Shown here in pieces: positions 59,126-64,000 of a DNA stretch of 64,000 nt. Location: positions 2,426 through 66,425 of the forward strand of contig DASXST010000079.1 of assembly GCA_036505835.1 (NCBI GenBank). Reading direction: 5' to 3'. Source of the stretch: Pseudolabrys sp. Its GTDB lineage: Bacteria > Pseudomonadota > Alphaproteobacteria > Rhizobiales > Xanthobacteraceae. Numbering within the stretch: position 1 is the stretch's first letter; every line of letters starts with the position of its first letter. A program made the position numbers and the translations under genes. Below the pieces are notes generated by a model. It had not been told where the DNA came from. It ran no database searches and worked only from the letters and a program-made list of their open reading frames with translations.

Positions 59126-60670
59126 TCAGTCGATCGCGACAGCCTCGCTCTTGGATCGCGACCCTTGGTGGGCGCGACCGATAATCAGCACGAGCGGCAT
59201 CGTGGCAAGCGTCAGGATCATCAGCAGCTTGAAATCGTTGAGATAGGCGAGCATCGCCGCCTGCTGGGTCACGATCATGTCGAGCAAGGCGCGTCCAGCG
59301 TCTGTGTGCACGTTTAGGTTTGCTATTACGTCCGGCATTTGAAGCGCGTCGTTGAATGGGGTGACCTGCTCGGTCAGCCGCGCATGCATCTCCGTGGTCT
59401 TGCTCGTCAAGTTGGCGATGACCATCGATATGCCGATCGAAGAGCCGATATTGCGGGCCAGGGTCGTGATGGCGGTTGCTCCGGTGCGCAGGTGATCGGG
59501 CAAAGTCGCAAACGCGACGGTCGAGATTGGAACGAACAGCAAGCCGAGCCCGATGCCCTGCACGATACTCGTGACGACGATTGTCGTCTTCGTCACATCG
59601 AGCGAGAAGCCGGTCATGTAGTAAAGCGTGCCGCCTGCAAGCAGCAGCCCGGTCAAAATCAGGTACCGCGGGTGCACCGCTCGCATGAGCCGCGGCGCCA
59701 CCATCATTGTGAGCAGGGTTCCAACCCCGCGCGCGCCGAGCAGGAAGCCTGCAGTCTGGATCGGGTATCCGAGCAGGTTCTGCATGAAGGGAGTCACAAG
59801 CGCCATGGTGCCGAACAGCACGACGCCGATCACAACCATGAAAATGCATCCGCTGAGGAAATTTCGGTCCTTGAACATCTCGAATCTGACGAACGGCTCG
59901 TTTATGGTCAGCGAATGTGCAAGGAAATAGTAAAAGCCCGCTACCGACACGATCGTCTCGATCCAGATTTCACTGGAATCAAACCAGCCAACCTGCTCGC
60001 CGCGATCGAGCAGCAATTGCAGTGAGCCGATGCCGACGGCCAAGGCCACGAATCCAAACCAGTCGAACCGCAGATGCTCGTGCTTCTGCGTTTCCTGCAT
60101 GAAGGCCAACATGCCCAGCATTGTGATGACGCCGATCGGCAGGTTGATCAGGAAGACCCAGTGCCAGGAGTAGTTATCCGTGAGCCAAGCGCCGAGCGTA
60201 GGCCCCATGATCGGCCCCAACATCACGCCGATCCCCCAGATCGCCATGGCTTGGCCGCGCTCTTCGACGGAATAGGCGTCTAGCAATACGGATTGCGACA
60301 ACGGAACCAGCGCCGCGCCGGCCATGCCCTGCAGCAGCCGAAACAGCACCATTTGCTCGATATTCTGCGCCAGTGCGCACAGGAACGATGCGAAGGTGAA
60401 ACCGGCCACGCAAATGACGAAGAGCTTCTTCCGCCCGAACCGGTCCGATAGCCATCCGATCGGAGCGGTCATGATCGCGGCGGCCACAATATAAGACGTG
60501 AGCACCCAGTTGATCTGATCGAGGGAGGCGGACAGCGAACCCTGCATGTAGGGCAGGGCAACGTTGGCGATCGTAGTATCAAGCGCCTGCATGACCGTTG
60601 CGGTCATGGTGCAGATCGTTATCAGCCAGCGCCGCAGCTTCGGATCCATCGACGCGAAATGCGCAGTCAT
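59126..60670 (-). CDS. DHA2 family (EmrB/QacA) MFS efflux permease
   Basis: LDTTIANVALP, GWLSDRFGRK, GPIMGPTLG, WHWVFLINLPIG. Confidence 0.92.
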   Translation of the reverse strand: MTAHFASMDPKLRRWLITICTMTATVMQALDTTIANVALPYMQGSLSASLDQINWVLTSYIVAAAIMTAPIGWLSDRFGRKKLFVICVAGFTFASFLCALAQNIEQMVLFRLLQGMAGAALVPLSQSVLLDAYSVEERGQAMAIWGIGVMLGPIMGPTLGAWLTDNYSWHWVFLINLPIGVITMLGMLAFMQETQKHEHLRFDWFGFVALAVGIGSLQLLLDRGEQVGWFDSSEIWIETIVSVAGFYYFLAHSLTINEPFVRFEMFKDRNFLSGCIFMVVIGVVLFGTMALVTPFMQNLLGYPIQTAGFLLGARGVGTLLTMMVAPRLMRAVHPRYLILTGLLLAGGTLYYMTGFSLDVTKTTIVVTSIVQGIGLGLLFVPISTVAFATLPDHLRTGATAITTLARNIGSSIGISMVIANLTSKTTEMHARLTEQVTPFNDALQMPDVIANLNVHTDAGRALLDMIVTQQAAMLAYLNDFKLLMILTLATMPLVLIIGRAHQGSRSKSEAVAID

Positions 60671-61812
60671 TTTGCTTCTTGCGCCTGCGCGGACATGAAT
60701 GGCAGCCGGCTGTGACCGGTGTCGATTTCGACGTTCACGCTCATGCCGGAGCGCAGCAGGCGCGTATCCTCACCCTTGTCGAAGGCGATCCGGACTGGAA
60801 CGCGCTGCACGACTTTCACCCAGTTTCCGGTCGCATTCTGCGGCGGCAGGATGGAAAACTGTGCACCTGTTCCCGGGCTCACAGCCACGACCGTGCCGGT
60901 GAACGTGCGGTCGGGAAAACTATCAATACTCAGCGTCGCTTTTTGTCCAACGCGCAGATAGGTTATGTCGGTCTCTTTCGGGTTGGCGTCGACCCATAGC
61001 GCCTGGTCATCGATCACACTGAGCACCGGCGTGCCGGCGGCGACAAAACGGCCCAGCTGGATGTTGTCGACCTGCGTGGCCGTGCCAGACATCGGTGCAC
61101 GCACGATCGTATGATCGAAATCCCGCTGCGCGCTGTCGAGCACAGCCTTGGCCTGTGCGTATTCCGGGAACTGCTCGAGTGGCAAGTCAGGATTGCCGAG
61201 CAATTGATTGAGCGTCATGTCGCGTTGCTGAACCGCGTATTCCGCCTGCAGCTGCGCGGTCACAACCGCTACCTGCGCGGCGTCGAGATCGGCCTGCGAA
61301 CCCGCCTGCGAGCTTACCAGCTTGCTCTTGCGATCGACATCGTGCTGCTTGAGCTCGACATTTTTCCCAGCGAGGTCGACCAACGTGTTCAGAGATTTAA
61401 GGTTGGACTTCAGTTTGTCGAAATCGCTGCGCGCGGTATCGAGCTTCGCCTTTGCCTGCTGAAGGGCGAGAGCGAAGGGCTCGCGATCGAGCGTAAACAG
61501 TTCGTCGCCAGGATTGACGTGCTGGCCCTCACGGATTGCAACATGCGCGATTTTTCCGGAGATGTCGGGCGTGATAAGGACTTTCTGTGCGCCGACATAA
61601 GCGTTGTCGGTTGAAATGTATCGGCCGCCGGAAAGATAGAGACCGAGGCCGATGATGACGGCAAAGACGGGCACCACGACCAGCAGGATCGTCCGCAGCC
61701 GCTTGCGGCCGAGACGCTCAAGCCAGCTTCTTTTCGGCGACGCACCGGCTTTTGTTTCCGGCGACATCCGGGCTTCGGGTGCCGGCACGATCTTCAAGAC
61801 TTTCTCACTCAT
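60667..61812 (-). CDS. HlyD/EmrA family membrane fusion protein
   Basis: STDNAYV, RAPMSG, FSILPPQNATGNWVKVVQRVPVRI. Confidence 0.92.
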   Translation of the reverse strand: MSEKVLKIVPAPEARMSPETKAGASPKRSWLERLGRKRLRTILLVVVPVFAVIIGLGLYLSGGRYISTDNAYVGAQKVLITPDISGKIAHVAIREGQHVNPGDELFTLDREPFALALQQAKAKLDTARSDFDKLKSNLKSLNTLVDLAGKNVELKQHDVDRKSKLVSSQAGSQADLDAAQVAVVTAQLQAEYAVQQRDMTLNQLLGNPDLPLEQFPEYAQAKAVLDSAQRDFDHTIVRAPMSGTATQVDNIQLGRFVAAGTPVLSVIDDQALWVDANPKETDITYLRVGQKATLSIDSFPDRTFTGTVVAVSPGTGAQFSILPPQNATGNWVKVVQRVPVRIAFDKGEDTRLLRSGMSVNVEIDTGHSRLPFMSAQAQEAK

Positions 61813-62291
61813 GACTTATCCAGCGGCTGCTTGCTGTTGGTTCGCGCACTGCGTGCGATGGCCGAACGCAGATTGTTCTTTACTGCGCCGAGCTCCTTGA
61901 GCATGCGCTCGATCGAAGTCGGCGAGATTCCGTCAAGCACGGTTTCCATCATGTCCGCGCCAAGATCCGACAGGCGGTCGAGAAGAGGTCTCGCTGCGGG
62001 CTTCAGGTACAAACGATTGGCGCGCCGGTCATTCGGATCCGCGCGGCGCTCGATGAGGCCATTGTCCGCGAGCCGATCGAGAAGGCGGGTCAGGCTGATC
62101 GGCTGCAGGTCGAGCAGGTCAGCAAGTTCCGACTGCTTCAGGCCCTCGTGTCGATCGATGCGATTCAACACGGCCCACTGCGCCCGAGAAATGCCGAACT
62201 GGCGCGCCCGCTGATCGGCATAGGTTTTCAACAGGCGGGCTACGTCCATGATAGTAAAGCCAAATTCGCGCTTGATCGGTTGTTGCGGCAT
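61809..62291 (-). CDS. MarR/SlyA family transcriptional regulator
   Basis: DVARLL, SRAQW, QSELA, GLIERRADPNDRRA; first gene of the efflux operon. Confidence 0.9.
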   Translation of the reverse strand: MPQQPIKREFGFTIMDVARLLKTYADQRARQFGISRAQWAVLNRIDRHEGLKQSELADLLDLQPISLTRLLDRLADNGLIERRADPNDRRANRLYLKPAARPLLDRLSDLGADMMETVLDGISPTSIERMLKELGAVKNNLRSAIARSARTNSKQPLDKS

Positions 62292-62320
62292 GACCAGCAT
62301 CCCGTTTTCAAAGCATAAAG

Positions 62321-62332
62321 TAAGCAAGCTTA
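62321..62332. promoter_or_regulatory. SlyA/MarR-like operator
   Basis: TAAGC-AA-GCTTA palindrome about 30 nt upstream of the MarR start, close to the SlyA box TTAGCAAGCTAA; partial second copy at ~62336. Confidence 0.6.
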
Positions 62333-62449
62333 TAATAAGCACAATATGGGATTTTTGCAGGGCTGCTATCCGGCTCGGGCGCCGGTGACCCGCGCTCGGC
62401 CGTCGGCCAAAGTCGCCCTCCGAAAAATGCGCACAGCAGAGGCAAGGAC

Positions 62450-63338
62450 ATGGACATCGGCTTCATCGGATTGGGGTACGCCGATGGCTCGGCGCCTGAT
62501 CGAGGCGGGGCACAAGCTCGTCGTCTACGACACGCGCAACGACGCCGTGACGCCCCTGATTGCCCTGGGCGCGCAACTCGCATCCTCGCCGGCTGATGTC
62601 GCCGACCGGGTCGAGACCGTGATGGCCAGCCTGCCGTCGCTGCAGATTTCCGAGAAAGTCGCCATCGGCGAGGGAGGCGTTATCCACGGCAAGCGCATCA
62701 AGCGTTTCATCGATTTGTCGACCACAGGTTCGCGTGTCGCGGCAAAAATCGCAGCGACGCTGGCAAAGAAAAATAACGTGCAACTCGACTGTCCGGTGGG
62801 CGGCGGCGTCGGCGGTGCCAGCAAGGGCACGCTGGCGGTGATGGTCTCGGGTCCCAAGCCGGAAATTGAGATGATGAAGGACGTGCTCGCGGTCTTCGGC
62901 AGGGTGTTCGTTGTCGGCGAGAAGCCCGGCATGGCGCAGACCATGAAACTAGCTAATAATTTCCTATCCGCCACAGCGATGGCGGCGACGTCGGAAGCGG
63001 TGGCAATGGGCGTTAAGGCCGGCCTCGATGCGGCGGTAATGATTGACGTCATCAATGCCGGCTCAGGCCGAACCACCGCCTCGGATGGGAAATTTCCGCA
63101 ATCGGTGTTGCCACGAACGTTCAACTACGGCTTCGCCACCGGTCTCATGCTCAAGGACGTCCGGCTGTGCGCGGAGGAAGCAAAAGCGCTGGACGTGCCT
63201 GATGTCGTCATGCGTGCGGTGCTTCATCAATGGGAAACGACCAACTCCGAATTCGGCGGGGATACCGATTTCACCGCAATTGTTAAGATGATCGAGCAGC
63301 GCGCAGGGGTCATTGTGGGTTCGGAGAAAAAGGCATGA
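62450..63338 (+). pseudogene. 3-hydroxyisobutyrate dehydrogenase family NAD(P)-dependent oxidoreductase with 5' frameshift
   Basis: RBS AAGGA then ATG MDIGFIGLG, out of frame with GTPMARRL...DCPVGGG...MKLANN; about 8 nt missing in the GxGxMG motif. Confidence 0.75.
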
Positions 63339-64000
63339 GCGACGACGTCCACGAAGTCTACGCCATCTGCTACGGGACTCACGCGCGCAAGCGTTCCGAG
63401 AATTATATCTTCGGCGATCCTCACGACGAGATGACGTCGATTGCCTACTACGTCTGGGTTATTCAGGGGCCGCACGGCACTTTTGTATGCGACACAGGCT
63501 TCGATGAGGTCGCTGCGAAGGAACGCGCGCGAAAGATTACCCACCCGGTGGGCGACGGGATAAGGGCACTCGGCTTGCAGCCCGACAAGGTCGACCACGT
63601 TATCGCCACCCACATGCATTGGGATCACGCCGGCAACTACGAGCTGTTTCCGAACGCGCGCTACCACATTCAGGATACCGAAATGGCCTACGCCACCGGC
63701 CGCTGCATGTGTCACCAGATGCTGCGCATCCCGTTCAGTGAAAGCGACGTGCTGGCAATGGTACGCAAGATATTCGCCTATCGCGTCGAGTTTCACGATG
63801 GGGTTGACAAGCTTGCACCCGGCATCACGGTTCACAAGATCGGCGGCCATTCAAAAGGATTGCAATGCGTGCGGGTCAAGACCAGACGCGGCTATGTCGT
63901 TGTCGCGTCCGACAGCGCGCACCTGTACTCGCATATCGATGAAGGCCGGGTGTTTCCCATCACGTACAGCGTCGGCGATACTCTCGAGGGCTACAAGACG
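63335..64000 (+). CDS. N-acyl homoserine lactonase family metallo-beta-lactamase fold protein (3'-truncated by window edge)
   Basis: Hand translation MSDDVHEVYAICYG...CDTGF...THMHWDHAGN (HxHxDH)...GGHSKG...ASD; absent from the ORF track because there is no stop in the window. Confidence 0.85.
   Translation, partial: MSDDVHEVYAICYGTHARKRSENYIFGDPHDEMTSIAYYVWVIQGPHGTFVCDTGFDEVAAKERARKITHPVGDGIRALGLQPDKVDHVIATHMHWDHAGNYELFPNARYHIQDTEMAYATGRCMCHQMLRIPFSESDVLAMVRKIFAYRVEFHDGVDKLAPGITVHKIGGHSKGLQCVRVKTRRGYVVVASDSAHLYSHIDEGRVFPITYSVGDTLEGYKT

Noticed and set aside
63335-64000. Quorum-quenching role for the AHL-lactonase family gene
   Set aside because: Family membership alone is insufficient; coupling to a hydroxyacid dehydrogenase fits lactone catabolism equally well, and the gene is truncated

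Overview
GC-rich chromosomal segment of an alphaproteobacterium; the gene set and repeat types suggest Hyphomicrobiales (Bradyrhizobium/Pseudolabrys-like), which is inference only. The left ~27 kb is mostly housekeeping: gcdH, mtnA, mmcB, RegB/RegA, an ABC-2 exporter, phaZ, a class A PBP, glnD and mutS, plus a sulfonate-type ABC importer preceded by a SAM-II riboswitch. From ~27.6 to 55.7 kb lies a catabolic region for lignin-derived aromatics: a MarR-linked TRAP/IorAB/TPP-enzyme/amidohydrolase operon, DUF3237-hydratase-fcs-SDR-thioesterase, pcaIJFHG, and a methyl-handling module. That module comprises a Cro-like HTH/methyltransferase fusion with upstream 9-bp repeats, metF, a ligM-like O-demethylase and four tandem diverged core-MetE-like Zn enzymes; it is the best candidate for an undescribed system. 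The right end has CoA-dependent catabolic genes, a MarR-EmrAB efflux unit and an MBL-fold lactonase cut by the window edge. Two families of REP-like palindromic repeats occur between genes. Four genes carry frameshifts that may be real or assembly errors. No rRNA, tRNA, CRISPR array or transposase was seen. All family assignments come from motif recognition by eye, not database searches.
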